Virus record (IMG/VR): IMGVR_UViG_3300049020_000031
Location: 64,001 to 128,000 of that record
Source: a virus
Reading direction: 5' to 3' (one strand)
DNA length: 64,000 bases
In this document: positions 1-10,692 of the stretch, one piece after another
How positions within the stretch are numbered: the stretch's first letter is position 1
Layout of the letters: the number at the start of each line of letters is the position of its first letter
Made by a program: the position numbers and the translations under genes
Notes under the pieces: generated by a model
Database searches by the model: none
The model's input: the letters and a program-made list of their open reading frames with translations, nothing else
What the model was told of the DNA's origin: nothing

Positions 1-97
1 GCCTGGTCCAGAGATGGGCAAGGCCTTGCGAGATGTCAAGGTTCGTTGGTATGAATCAGGATGCTCGATGACTGCTGAGGACTTGATGAATGGTTGA
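1..97 (+). CDS. C-terminal end of a probable CCA-adding enzyme / poly(A)-polymerase-family tRNA nucleotidyltransferase (truncated by window edge)
   Basis: Frame 2 reads PGPEMGKALRDVKVRWYESGCSMTAEDLMNG* (TGA 95-97). The PGPExGxxL..W pattern matches the typical C-terminus of CCA-adding enzymes. Only 31 aa are visible. Confidence 0.55.
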   Translation, partial: PGPEMGKALRDVKVRWYESGCSMTAEDLMNG

Positions 98-404
98 ATT
101 CAGCACCGCAATAAAAAGCAGGCTATGGAACTATCTACATACCAAACAGGACATAAAAATCCTGTTTGGTATTCTGAAAGAACCGGCACTCATGATGCGC
201 GGATCAGAGACCAACATTGATGTATACAATGCTGCTTTCTTGGATTTGATCAACGCCGCAGTGGAAATGGTTTATCAAGACTTCAATATACGACTTGAAG
301 TCATGCCATTGGACTTCAAATGGAAACCGTTTGATGTCGCGGCCGCTTCAGAAGAAGACATGGTAACCCTTATTTTGATATTTTCTGGGCGGGATTATGA
401 ATGA
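90..404 (+). CDS. hypothetical protein, small paralogue family (C-terminal EEDMVTLILIF)
   Basis: ORF overlaps the stop of the upstream gene and carries the shared C-terminal motif. Confidence 0.55.
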   Translation: MVEFSTAIKSRLWNYLHTKQDIKILFGILKEPALMMRGSETNIDVYNAAFLDLINAAVEMVYQDFNIRLEVMPLDFKWKPFDVAAASEEDMVTLILIFSGRDYE

Positions 405-690
405 AAACACCGAGCCCGTTTGTCCGTTGTGCGGAAGAGTATTAGGTGACGTCAACATCGATCGTCACCACCTTATCCCGAAGTCCCAGAAGGGAAAGGA
501 TCAATATCCGATTCATAAGATATGTCATCGGAAGATTCATGCCACCTTCAGTGAGAAGGTATTGGCTAGGAATCTAAACACCTGGGAGGCTCTTAGGGCT
601 GAGCCAGAGATTCAAGTATTTGTGAATTGGGTCCAGAGAAAGGATCCTGGGTATTACATCAGCACATCAAATAGCAATAGGAAACGGTAA
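397..690 (+). CDS. small HNH endonuclease
   Basis: CPLCGR...HHLIPKS...HKICHRKIH zinc/HNH motif. Confidence 0.85.
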   Translation: MNENTEPVCPLCGRVLGDVNIDRHHLIPKSQKGKDQYPIHKICHRKIHATFSEKVLARNLNTWEALRAEPEIQVFVNWVQRKDPGYYISTSNSNRKR

Positions 691-989
691 GTCGTTGACT
701 ATCCCAATGTCATCACATTTCTGAAACCAAACAGGCACCTTGAGGGGGTGCCAGATGAACGTTACATCTTCCAGCAGTAGACGAAGATGCGAATGCATTC
801 CTTCATCCTCTGATCGCAACTTCAGAGTTGACTCACCGTATATGTCATGAGTGTGATCAATATAATGCTCCCAGTATGCCGGGAGTTGAATCAGAATCGA
901 TTCAGCCCAGTTTTCAAAGGAGCGTCTATGATAACCAAAACTCCGGAGCGCACTTGGATTAGGAGTGATGGTTGCATAGAACTTTTTCA

Positions 990-1241
990 TCAGAATTGAA
1001 CCCTACCGTCCGTGTACTCAATCGTTTCGGTAATCTTGATTGAATCCACTTTGGCAATGATCGCTTCGGTCTTCGTGTATTTGAAGTAGATGATGAATTC
1101 ACCAGGGTTGCTTGGACTACGTTGGACTGTGCAGGCTTTGCCCGCCTTGTAATCGACCGTGGTGCCCTTACCAACCACCTTGGCGGTGATTGCAATCAGG
1201 GTCTTTGCCTTGCGTGGGAGTTCGTAGCTCATAGTAATCAA
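990..1241 (-). CDS. hypothetical protein
   Basis: ORF chained by stop/start overlaps with 1238..1510 and 667..990. Confidence 0.5.
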   Translation of the reverse strand: MITMSYELPRKAKTLIAITAKVVGKGTTVDYKAGKACTVQRSPSNPGEFIIYFKYTKTEAIIAKVDSIKITETIEYTDGRVQF

Positions 1242-1510
1242 CCGATAAAGCGATCAAATGCGAGGATTTCCAGGTCAGTTACTGGATTCGTTTTCTTGAA
1301 AACATCAAAGAATTTGCGCATCGCAGCACGTTGTACGTCGTTGATGTTTTTCAGATAAGCTTCTGCCTTGGCCGGGGCTGTGTTGTATTCAATTGCAGCA
1401 AAAATCGCAGTCTTGGCAACAATGCGAGCTTCCTGTTCAGTCAGACTAGCACACACTGCTTCATGACGCTTGATGAATTGTTCTACAGTGAGGATTTGAT
1501 AAGTTGCCAT
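1238..1510 (-). CDS. hypothetical protein
   Basis: AAGGAG SD and a sigma70-like promoter (TATACT 1537-1542) upstream. Confidence 0.65.
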   Translation of the reverse strand: MATYQILTVEQFIKRHEAVCASLTEQEARIVAKTAIFAAIEYNTAPAKAEAYLKNINDVQRAAMRKFFDVFKKTNPVTDLEILAFDRFIG

Positions 1511-1580
1511 GTTCTACTCCTTGCTACGATGCATCAAGTATAACATCATTTGGTGAAATGTAGGCAACTTTCTCAAATAT

Positions 1581-2750
1581 TTAAATCACCAAGGTGAACT
1601 CAACTCCGGTATGACTCGTGAATTTTTCTTTCTCGATGCGGAAAAAGTCAACATCTTCTGGTTTTGCCAATCCAACGTCAGAGTGAGTATATGTCCGAAT
1701 ATCATATTTCTGCGTGATTGCGATGGCTCCGGGTGGATTTTGGGTATAATTTCTAACCGCATCGTAATGATACGCGCGGTCAGCAAACTGGGTTCGACCA
1801 GTATAACCAGTCACACCTTTGAGAGTTGCCTCGATGAGGAAGTCTCGATAATGATCTGAATCCTGTGATTGTTCAATCAAGGCTTTCAAATCCGAGACTG
1901 TAATGTTTTCCCGGTTTTTGCCACCCCATACAATCTTCTTGCTGGAGGACACCAAGGAAACAGAACACCCAAAATCGTAAGATGAATAGTGGCTACAGCA
2001 GAACGGATCCAAGAGCAGATCCCTTGCTACCATCTCGTCGAGTTCAAGATCCGTTAGATCTTGAGCCACCTTATCGATGACTTTTACCACCTTTGCATTC
2101 GAGAATATCTCGTATCTGATTTTGTCTTTTTCTTCAATCCGAACCACTTGTTTGCGCGGACCAACAGTAGCCACTCTATCTTTATACATGATGGGCGCCA
2201 TAGTTCCCAGCCAGATACCGTATTGACCGGATGCCAGTCGGACGCGGTCACCCTTCTTCAGGGTTTTCATGTCGACCTTCTCGTCGTCATCTGGCATCTC
2301 CACCGCATTGGCGAAAGGTTCACTGTTCGTTGGGATTAGAATGTTCCTCTGACCTTCACGACCCCAAACACATTCCTGCATAATTTCACCACGTTCGATG
2401 ATACAGATGCTGGATATCATCACGAGATTTTCTACCGTGATTTCAAGTTCAAATCCACGTGGATCTTCAATCCGGAAATAAGTTGCACCGCTTCCATTCC
2501 ATCCGGAACTTCTTTGTACCGATCGACCGATCTTGAAACCAATCATGGGCTTGTTGTCAATGGTAACCGAGTTGAAGGTTTTGGAATTCCCGTAATGGTT
2601 CCTAGCCCAATTATCAACAGTGGCGCGTCGTTTTACCCCGGCGTCATCTTCACCATAAGGAGTCATGAAACCAAGGGGAACTTCGTCTTCAGTACGACGA
2701 CCTTGAAAGCCCACATAGACTTTCTTCGAGATTTTGATTGCGTCTGCCAT
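1581..2750 (-). CDS. conserved phage hypothetical protein (paralogue of 3589..4872)
   Basis: 389-aa ORF; N-terminal YVGFQGRR..EVPLGFMTPY..RIEDPRGFELEI is shared with 3589..4872. Confidence 0.8.
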   Translation of the reverse strand: MADAIKISKKVYVGFQGRRTEDEVPLGFMTPYGEDDAGVKRRATVDNWARNHYGNSKTFNSVTIDNKPMIGFKIGRSVQRSSGWNGSGATYFRIEDPRGFELEITVENLVMISSICIIERGEIMQECVWGREGQRNILIPTNSEPFANAVEMPDDDEKVDMKTLKKGDRVRLASGQYGIWLGTMAPIMYKDRVATVGPRKQVVRIEEKDKIRYEIFSNAKVVKVIDKVAQDLTDLELDEMVARDLLLDPFCCSHYSSYDFGCSVSLVSSSKKIVWGGKNRENITVSDLKALIEQSQDSDHYRDFLIEATLKGVTGYTGRTQFADRAYHYDAVRNYTQNPPGAIAITQKYDIRTYTHSDVGLAKPEDVDFFRIEKEKFTSHTGVEFTLVI

Positions 2751-2759
2751 GATTTCCCC

Positions 2760-3041
2760 TTATCGGCTCATGTGCATAACGAGCGCGTATGCATCTTCTG
2801 CGCTCTTCAACTCTTCCGCAAACTCAGCATCCACTTTGGCGGATGCTTCTTGCTTGGCAATAGCAATACGCTTCTTCAACGCTTGAATCTCCTCCCAGGA
2901 TTCACGGATGCCTGGTTGAGTTGCGTGGAGTTCTGCTTCACTGACATTGGAGTCATCAGTAAGGCTCTTCTCACGTGAGTTTTGCAAATAGCTCATTGGG
3001 TAACTTTCTATTGGTTGGTTGAAGATTGTAGCAGACGCCAC
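2760..3041 (-). CDS. hypothetical coiled-coil protein
   Basis: ORF in a minus-strand operon. Confidence 0.55.
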   Translation of the reverse strand: MASATIFNQPIESYPMSYLQNSREKSLTDDSNVSEAELHATQPGIRESWEEIQALKKRIAIAKQEASAKVDAEFAEELKSAEDAYALVMHMSR

Positions 3042-3544
3042 GCCAGAATTTCACAGGTAACATTTCCATCCAGATCGCGAAGGTATCCCACAGGGGCAAC
3101 GGTGGAATCAAAGCGCTCTGCGTTTACACATGCCAGATAACGATTGACTAGAGTCACATCCATTTCCTCAACTAGTTTGGCCGCAGCGATGAAGCGACGC
3201 GCCATGTTGTTGAACATGAAATATTCAGTATTGAACTGATTCTTTCCTTGATGAAAAGTAGCCATCGTCACAGGCCCAAACTCCAGATTGGTTCTCGCAG
3301 AAGCAAACCTGGATGCGGTAACGGCCGATATTTTGGATTCAGTTTCCCTAGCGTGCTGATAACGCTCGTTCCGTTGTTTGATCCAGAACTTCAGAACATG
3401 ATGCATGCCCCAGAGCTTCTTGATGCGTTCACGATGCAGTTCACGATTCTGCTTGATCTCCTTCGCCATGGAAACCACCACCTCTGGGTAATGATTTTCA
3501 TTAGCGAGTACCTTAGCTGCGATGATGCTGGCTTGATGTGGCAT
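3008..3544 (-). CDS. hypothetical protein
   Basis: CAGGAG SD before ATG. Confidence 0.65.
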   Translation of the reverse strand: MPHQASIIAAKVLANENHYPEVVVSMAKEIKQNRELHRERIKKLWGMHHVLKFWIKQRNERYQHARETESKISAVTASRFASARTNLEFGPVTMATFHQGKNQFNTEYFMFNNMARRFIAAAKLVEEMDVTLVNRYLACVNAERFDSTVAPVGYLRDLDGNVTCEILAWRLLQSSTNQ

Positions 3545-3588
3545 GTTTTCTCCTGTTGAAGTTCATTATACAGAAGATTCACCTACCA

Positions 3589-4872
3589 TCAAGCTGGAAC
3601 TGTGAATTGATATCCATTGCCCAGTTTGACAATCATGTTGATCTTGAAGAATTCAACATTCTCATCAGGGAAGTGAGTTAGTTCGTTGGTAAATGTCAGT
3701 GGAAACTTATCAACGGTAGCTTTGGCACGACCCACAAAACCATCGGTATAGGTGTAAGGCTGGTTGTAATAGTGATATCCGCTGCCTCGATTACTTCCAA
3801 TGTAGCTTCTCTTTCCTTTATGGGTCGGACTTGTATTCCGACCTGAGCTACCAAAATTATAATCACCCACCGAAACCATCTCAACACCATCACGAATCAT
3901 CAAGATGAATGAACGATGACGCAGCTCGCAGGCATAATTGTAACTCGACCACGCCGCTTGTAGTTCAGTCAAAGTTACTGGAATTCGCTCCAGACTCTTG
4001 TCAATTGTCATCTTGGGATCGTACACCCAAGTAAAGATGTTCCCAACACCACCAGTTGAATGCATGGTGGTGAACTTACTAGACTTCTTATCGTCGTCAA
4101 TCATCTTGTAGACTTCGCCCTGCGTCAAGGGCTTTGCGGCTTTTTTCACAATCCGTTCGATCCGGATCGATGCTTCACCCATATAACTAATCGACTGGCC
4201 TTCTTCGTATCGGACGACGTATCGCTTTTTGTTAACAATCTGAATATCAATTTCAGCGGGGCAGTTGCTGACTGAATAATCATGCTCACTGGTTCTGGTT
4301 GCGAAATGCATACCACCCAGATACATACCTTCCTTACCTCCAAGGATTTTCACGACATCACCGATTTGCACATCCTTGAGGCTCACCTTGTTATTGATGA
4401 GTTCTTGAGTTTGCAGATATTCCTTATATGGTTCACTGTTGATTGGCAACAGGATGTTCCTTGCACCTTCACGACCCCACAAGCATTCTTGCATGAGCTC
4501 ACAATCTTCCATGATGTTGGCATTTAGCAACATCACCAAATTCTCCACCCCGATCTCCAGCTCAAAGCCTCGTGGGTCTTCAATTCGTACAACAGTCGAA
4601 GTTCCACCAAAACTACTTGACCGGCGAATGGCACGGCCAATCTTAAATCCCACCATTGGTTTGTTATCAATGATGATGGAATTGAACGCCTTGACATCGG
4701 TTTGATAATGGCTTGGTTTCGCCCAGTCATCCACGGTGGCTTGGCGTTTTTTACCAGCAGCCGTATCCTCATAAGGAGTCATGAAGCCGAGGGGAACTTC
4801 GTCTACTGTTCTTCGGCCCTGGAAGCCCACATAGACTTGCTGTGGAATCTTGATCGTAGAAAGCGTACTCAT
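3589..4872 (-). CDS. conserved phage hypothetical protein (paralogue of 1581..2750)
   Basis: 427-aa ORF, AAGGA SD, shared N-terminal domain. Confidence 0.8.
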   Translation of the reverse strand: MSTLSTIKIPQQVYVGFQGRRTVDEVPLGFMTPYEDTAAGKKRQATVDDWAKPSHYQTDVKAFNSIIIDNKPMVGFKIGRAIRRSSSFGGTSTVVRIEDPRGFELEIGVENLVMLLNANIMEDCELMQECLWGREGARNILLPINSEPYKEYLQTQELINNKVSLKDVQIGDVVKILGGKEGMYLGGMHFATRTSEHDYSVSNCPAEIDIQIVNKKRYVVRYEEGQSISYMGEASIRIERIVKKAAKPLTQGEVYKMIDDDKKSSKFTTMHSTGGVGNIFTWVYDPKMTIDKSLERIPVTLTELQAAWSSYNYACELRHRSFILMIRDGVEMVSVGDYNFGSSGRNTSPTHKGKRSYIGSNRGSGYHYYNQPYTYTDGFVGRAKATVDKFPLTFTNELTHFPDENVEFFKINMIVKLGNGYQFTVPA

Positions 4873-5496
4873 ACCAATCCTTGTAAAGTTCAGTGAATTA
4901 TAGCTTCTTTTGGTTGCTATTCGATCAGAACTTCTGGTTCTTTCTTACGAGCATAAGCCATAACATGGATGTAAACATGATTGGTATGAATGGAATGAGA
5001 CAATGAAATGTAAACATGATTGGCCTCATACTGTATATGATACTGATTTTCCTGTTTGGGATAGTATTCGGCTTCCTCGAGTTTCTTAGTGATATCTAAA
5101 CAGACGGTCTTGGTATCCTTTTGATTTACTTCGACCCGAATCCCATATCGATTCACTGAGTACTGTCGACCCAAGGGGTCGATACTCAGTTTTGCGTTTT
5201 TGCCATACAGTTGGTTGATGATGCAATACAGCCAGTAAACAGTTGCTTTGGGTTTCATTCCACGACTCCAGAAAGTATTACCTGCATGATACACGCATCT
5301 GGCATATTGGTGCAGAATGATATGCCAAAGTTCATATCAACCATGAAATCATATATTTGGTATCCGGTTTTCTCCTTATACCAAGCCTCCAGGCTGGCGT
5401 TTCTGGGTCCATGATATTCTGGGTCTATGACCAGCAAGTTCTTACGATCCTCCCAATATTGATCGTATACCAATCTACAGAAATCATATGGAGCTC

Positions 5497-6387
5497 TCAC
5501 CAATATATCCTTTGATTCAGAAACAAGTCCTTTGATTTCACTTCCGGATACATGATCCAGAGATCCTGCAATTCCTTGAATATGATTTCCTTTATGAGGT
5601 TATAGGCTTCATTCACCAGATCTGATTTTAGTGGATGATGGTATGGTGCATTCTTTATGATACCCAACGCGGTCGGAACATTATTGGCGTCTTCTATTGA
5701 AGACGAGTGTTCCGAATCCATCATCTTTCTGAGGGATGCTTGATCTCTAGTTGGATACATTGCGGATGAAAAGATCCAACTCCGATATTTGGTAACTTCA
5801 CTCACCCATTCATATTCGATTTGATTTGTGGTATAACGTGTTGGTTTCAAATATTTTTCAGATATGGAATTATGGTACTCATGATTTGATGCTCCCAATA
5901 TATCTCCATGAGTGAATGTATGTTGTGAAGCCATGATGTTTAAAAAAGTTGTAATTTCTCTGATAACAAATATAGACCCACCAAATTTGGATGATTGCTC
6001 AATCCTCATTCCTAGAGAACTCAATGGATATGTCATCATGAATTGCTTAATGATCTTACTTGATGGCTCGGTAAGGATAGATCGATATGCTTCGATTCTT
6101 TCAATCTTGTGTTTGGTAAAATCCTCAGCAAACAAACCTTCTTGATTTAACTCAGACCAAGCCTGCTCATACGCCGCCCATGAATTGAATGAATGACAGT
6201 CGAATCTTGAGCAAAAAATTGAAATAAAATATTCCAATTTGGTAGGACGTGTGGACAGTTCCTCCACACAAACTCCAAATTTCTTGATGTTTCTAGCTAG
6301 AAACGAATGTGGATTCAGACTCAACCATTCTTTGGTTGATTTCAAATCTACGGCTTCATATAGTTTCATATTCAGGTAACCAGTCAA
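5497..6387 (-). CDS. hypothetical protein (AT-rich)
   Basis: 296-aa ORF with no recognised motif. Confidence 0.6.
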   Translation of the reverse strand: MTGYLNMKLYEAVDLKSTKEWLSLNPHSFLARNIKKFGVCVEELSTRPTKLEYFISIFCSRFDCHSFNSWAAYEQAWSELNQEGLFAEDFTKHKIERIEAYRSILTEPSSKIIKQFMMTYPLSSLGMRIEQSSKFGGSIFVIREITTFLNIMASQHTFTHGDILGASNHEYHNSISEKYLKPTRYTTNQIEYEWVSEVTKYRSWIFSSAMYPTRDQASLRKMMDSEHSSSIEDANNVPTALGIIKNAPYHHPLKSDLVNEAYNLIKEIIFKELQDLWIMYPEVKSKDLFLNQRIYW

Positions 6388-6925
6388 GATTCATATCACG
6401 TCGACTAACTTTTTCAAAATACTCCGAGAATGCAAACCTAACCAAAAGCAAATCCGTGTCTGTGATAACCTGGTCTGAACCCAATAGCATGACCTTGTTT
6501 CCAGCTATTCCTATCACGGTCAAAGCGGGGAATTGTTCTCTCAATATTTTAAAAACTTTGAGATGAAAGCCTCCAGACGGCATGATCTGCTGCGTTTCGT
6601 TCTTCAGGAGGATCGAGTCGACAATCATCCCAGTTCAAAATTGGCGTTGTTGAGGAATTCCAAAAATGCATCTTGGGCGGCCACCAATTGCTCTGCCAAC
6701 TCGACCATTTCCCGAGCATCTGTGGAATGCGGGTCATCCGGATCCAAATGTTGAATAACCGTCTGTGCCATTTCCTCGACACTGATAGGAGAGCCCTCAA
6801 ACTGATCTCTGAATTCCTCTAAGGTAATTTTACTCATAACGATCCTCAAAATACCATGATGTGATGGCATCATCTTTTAGTCAAATAAATGGCGGATCCA
6901 TACCAAATGAATGTATAATGATGTG

Positions 6926-7198
6926 ATGATAACAATCCTGAAGTCACAAACATTCCAAGAATTCATGGAAGAATACCGGGGCACGCAAGTTGCCTGGAGG
7001 TGGTCAACCATTGATGACTTCGACAAACGTGACCCAGAGTTTGTCCTCATGCTATCTGATGACAAGTTTGATTACAATTATCCCCATGTGGACTATTCAG
7101 GGAAAGTGATTGATATGCACTACACCGCTTCCACTTGGTTTTGCATATTCGAATTTGAATCCGACGCAGTCATGTTCACCCTGTTACTTGATCGATAA
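6926..7198 (+). CDS. hypothetical protein, small paralogue family; probably leaderless
   Basis: TATAAT 6914-6919 lies 6 nt before ATG 6926; C-terminus FESDAVMFTLLL. Confidence 0.6.
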   Translation: MITILKSQTFQEFMEEYRGTQVAWRWSTIDDFDKRDPEFVLMLSDDKFDYNYPHVDYSGKVIDMHYTASTWFCIFEFESDAVMFTLLLDR

Positions 7199-7208
7199 GG
7201 AGCCAGTC

Positions 7209-7679
7209 ATGCGCGAAACTTCTCTTACTGACGACGAATTCAAGAAAATCCACAATGCCTTTTGCGCATTTGCCGGTGTGAAGCAACGCCTCGAAGGCGT
7301 AGTGCATCCAGACATCATCAAACAGTTGTCCGATGCGTGTGACGAGCTGTTGGCAGGGATCCAACGACCACTAGATGTCATGGATGCAGAGGATGACGAA
7401 AATGCAGCCAGGGCTCGAGCTTACGGTAAAGCAATCAAGGTCAAGTCTGTTTGGTCCATGGATGTTCCCGCATCGTTTGACGATATCGCGTTTCGTGGTG
7501 TTAGTCGACTGCATTATCGAAATCAAACTATTTCCCTCCCAACCGATGTTTCGTGGAAAATCCTGTGGATCGCATCTGATCTGTTGATCTTTGAAGGTGA
7601 ACCCACAGATCATATCTTCATTGAGGGTTTTGATCTTTCTCTAGATGGTACATACTTGACTTTGCGCACTGGAAGTTGA
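7209..7679 (+). CDS. hypothetical protein
   Basis: TAAGGAG SD before the MRETSL start. Confidence 0.65.
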   Translation: MRETSLTDDEFKKIHNAFCAFAGVKQRLEGVVHPDIIKQLSDACDELLAGIQRPLDVMDAEDDENAARARAYGKAIKVKSVWSMDVPASFDDIAFRGVSRLHYRNQTISLPTDVSWKILWIASDLLIFEGEPTDHIFIEGFDLSLDGTYLTLRTGS

Positions 7680-7738
7680 AATCAGGAATTCAAGTGTGTT
7701 ACTGAATGTAACAGTTTGAATATTTGTTCATTTAAACG

Positions 7739-7767
7739 TTGACTTGAATTTCACTTGAACTTATAGT
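7739..7767 (+). promoter_or_regulatory. sigma70-type promoter
   Basis: TTGACT (7739-44), 17-nt spacer, TATAGT (7762-67), with an AT-rich upstream region. Confidence 0.75.
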
Positions 7768-7841
7768 TGATACATGGCGCAGGTGAAGACGAAGAAAGTC
7801 CAAAGCTGCAAATGGTAAGTTAACTTTTTAGGAGATCACAA

Positions 7842-8258
7842 ATGGCTGCTACTGTACAAATTCTGAAGGTTGGTCACGCTCTGGTGCAAGGTGCACGTGG
7901 TGAAAAGGGCGGCGCCCCAAGCAAGGACAGCCTGTTTGGTGTTGCTCAAATCACGCAAGGTGTGGTGAGCTCGCTGGTTACTTTCGGTGGTCGTCGTGGT
8001 GGCTTCCTGCGCTTCAAGACCTACCCCAAGGCTTCCGCTGATGCAGTGATGGCCAAGTTTGACGCAAAGCTGGTGAAGGCACAAGGTGGCTTCAACTACA
8101 CGGACGTGACAGCAAACGCTGCTGAACTCCTGGGTGCAGACTTCGCTGACAAGCTGCTGGTGAACTTCCGCGCTGCAAGCAATGCCAAGAAGGTCAACAC
8201 TCGCGCAACGGCCAAGAAGGCAAAGGTCGGCACGACCCGCGCAAACACTGGTCTGTGA
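7842..8258 (+). CDS. basic WGR-like putative nucleic-acid-binding protein
   Basis: AGGAG SD; KDSLFG...FGGRRGGFLRFK resembles the WGR-like protein at 59530; Lys/Ala-rich tail. Confidence 0.45.
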   Translation: MAATVQILKVGHALVQGARGEKGGAPSKDSLFGVAQITQGVVSSLVTFGGRRGGFLRFKTYPKASADAVMAKFDAKLVKAQGGFNYTDVTANAAELLGADFADKLLVNFRAASNAKKVNTRATAKKAKVGTTRANTGL

Positions 8259-8264
8259 TCTGAA

Positions 8265-8435
8265 TGTGTGGTGAGGTTCTAGTGGAACCTCTTAAGAACT
8301 GTTAGGAGACAGTCGCCACCCACAAAGGCCCTGGGCGAATATGAAAGTCCAGGAATGTTACTCGGCAAACTGGAAGGAGTATGTAATGATTCGATTCCGA
8401 TGTTGACGCTCTGATCGTAGATAAACTTAAGAGTA
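8265..8435 (+). ncRNA. candidate structured non-coding RNA of unknown class
   Basis: Several nested hairpins plus long-range CTCTTAAG/CTTAAGAG complementarity in a non-coding gap of an otherwise packed genome; followed by a terminator-like hairpin. Confidence 0.5.
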
Positions 8436-8441
8436 TACCAT

Positions 8442-8467
8442 GAAAGGCCATCACGTGATGGCCTTTC
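8442..8467 (+). terminator. hairpin terminator
   Basis: Perfect inverted repeat GAAAGGCCATCACGTGATGGCCTTTC. Confidence 0.6.
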
Positions 8468-8500
8468 GCACCTATAATGAAAGCCTCATAAGGAGAAAAC

Positions 8501-8869
8501 ATGTTCGAAAATTTCGCAAAACTTTTCGGTATTGCTAGTGGCGGTTCAGTCACAATCAATGGCAAAACCTATCATGGCACCAATGTCACAGTTGTCAATG
8601 GTGTGGTGACTATTGACGGTAAGGTTCAAGGTGGTGCCATTCATGGGCCCATCTCCATATCGGTTCAGGGCAACGTGGGTTCTATCGAGACTTCTGCTGG
8701 CGACATCAACGTCAAGGGTGACTGTTCTGGTGATATCGAGACCTCTGCTGGTGACATCGACGTTGAGGGTAATTGTTCTGGTGATATCAAGACTATTTCC
8801 GGAGACGTATCAGTCACCGGATCTGTTGGTGGGAAAATCAACACCGTTTCTGGTGACATCAATAGATGA
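8501..8869 (+). CDS. beta-strand repeat protein (DUF4097/adhesin-like)
   Basis: Repeats of GDIETSAGDIxVxGxCS; AAGGAG SD. Confidence 0.7.
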   Translation: MFENFAKLFGIASGGSVTINGKTYHGTNVTVVNGVVTIDGKVQGGAIHGPISISVQGNVGSIETSAGDINVKGDCSGDIETSAGDIDVEGNCSGDIKTISGDVSVTGSVGGKINTVSGDINR

Positions 8870-9454
8870 GATCCAGGTATCTGTTCTCCAGAACAGATCG
8901 AAATATAAAGCCAAGAGTAATTCGAAATATTGCTGGCTACCGATACACGGAATGCGATATTGACGCACAAACGTTATATCAGATCATAAAGTCTCACGAC
9001 TGTGATGCCACTATGATAACCAAATGGGGTCATTGGCAATACACTTACGAGGTTGACGATGATGCCATAGTTGCTATAGCATTGTCAGTGAGTGCTTGCA
9101 ATTATCAAGTTGATAACACCAAAGCAGATTGAAAATGATGGGCCCCTGGGGCCCATCATTTTCACAAGTTTGCGGTTTCTACAATCCAATGAACTTGATC
9201 TGAAAACAACAACTTGAATTCTATCATCGCATATTCGTCATGAAAATCTACCTGCATATAGAATTTCGACCATTCAGAATACATTAGGTTTGATTTGATA
9301 ATCGCTTTTCTCAAGAGATCCTCGGTATCACCCAACGCCCATTCCTGCATCGCCTGTTTGGCTTCTGCGATGGAAATGTGTGTTTTGAGTCTGACGGTGG
9401 TTTTGATCATATAACTGAAGGGGGCCAAGGCCCCCTCATTCCGGTAATAGTTGA

Positions 9455-9976
9455 TTACTTCAACCACTCATCCATCACATATGCTTCCCATGGGGTAAAG
9501 GTTCCGGCCGTCTTGAAGTCTTCGGCCTTCACACACCACACGCCACCATTTTCAGTATTACCGTAGTCACTATGGAGTTTCAGAGTTGTGTAAGCACCAA
9601 TCTTGTCCATGCGTGGGAAACGTGTTCCGATCAGGATGACGAACAACTTACCGAATGGGCCCTGGGGGTCTGGGCAGCGGGCCACAAACTCATCAGTCAA
9701 TTGGTCTGGGCGGATTTCCAGAGTAACGCGAGTGCCTTCACCCATCAGCTTGTTGGCCAGATCGAAAGCCTTGTCCAGGTCGATATCAAGGGGATTACCC
9801 GCTGGGTCATACATGTACCCCAGGAGAATGTGTGAACATTCCGCATGAGTGTTCAGCATCTCCGTGCATTCATCGTATGAATATTGACCGGGGGCGATCA
9901 TTGTTGGCAGCAGGAAGTGGTTGGTGGCTTCAATTTCCAAGCCCTTGAAGAATTTTACTGGTTTTGTGCGGTCCAT
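9455..9976 (-). CDS. conserved jumbo-phage hypothetical protein (close to the TGT/DpdA-like gene)
   Basis: FFxGxEIE...NGGVWC...FTPWEAY..D pattern; AAGGA SD. Confidence 0.6.
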   Translation of the reverse strand: MDRTKPVKFFKGLEIEATNHFLLPTMIAPGQYSYDECTEMLNTHAECSHILLGYMYDPAGNPLDIDLDKAFDLANKLMGEGTRVTLEIRPDQLTDEFVARCPDPQGPFGKLFVILIGTRFPRMDKIGAYTTLKLHSDYGNTENGGVWCVKAEDFKTAGTFTPWEAYVMDEWLK

Positions 9977-10105
9977 TTGTGGTATCCTTGTTTTGTGTTA
10001 TTTGTTGATTATACCGTTGCGAGATGGCATTCGCAATTTGTTTTGTCAAGAGTTCGTTTGGTAACATCTTGATGCTATACTGGCACGATATTTCAGGAGC
10101 CCAGT

Positions 10106-10480
10106 ATGCAACATGCCAAGCATTATATGAAGACCATCGCGGGTGCATCATTTGTATGGATAACCGCCATGGTGTTTGCCAGTATGGTATTCCTCATCCT
10201 AGATGAAGCCAGTGGCAAGACAACCAAGGTCATCCGCCAAGTTAAAGTGATTTCAGCAACAGTTGACTCCAAATCAAACAAGGTGAAGATGCAACTGGAG
10301 AACACCGTCGGTGAAAAGTGGTGGCATGTATCCGATATTGCATTTAGTGATTGTCCCTTCATGGAATATCACAAATTCAAGAACGTGTACATCACCACCA
10401 ACGTCACCTACTTCTTACGGTATCAAAGGTACGGTGTGGAAGGGGTGGTTACTTTTTGCCACAAGGCAAAACACTCTTGA
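10106..10480 (+). CDS. hypothetical membrane-anchored protein
   Basis: AGGAG SD and an N-terminal hydrophobic segment. Confidence 0.55.
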   Translation: MQHAKHYMKTIAGASFVWITAMVFASMVFLILDEASGKTTKVIRQVKVISATVDSKSNKVKMQLENTVGEKWWHVSDIAFSDCPFMEYHKFKNVYITTNVTYFLRYQRYGVEGVVTFCHKAKHS

Positions 10481-10692
10481 ACTGAGCTGATGCACTATTG
10501 ATTACAATGCTTCTGGTGAGGGAAGGCCAGAGCATTTTGAACATGACCATCGCTGAATCATTGGGGGCGATGAAAATAATACCCATTTGAATTCTGGCGC
10601 AACAGTCACTATACCCTGATAGTGTTGCCCATTCCATAACCTCTGAGTACTTGTCAGGGGGTATGAAATAGGCCACATATGTGGTTTGATTG

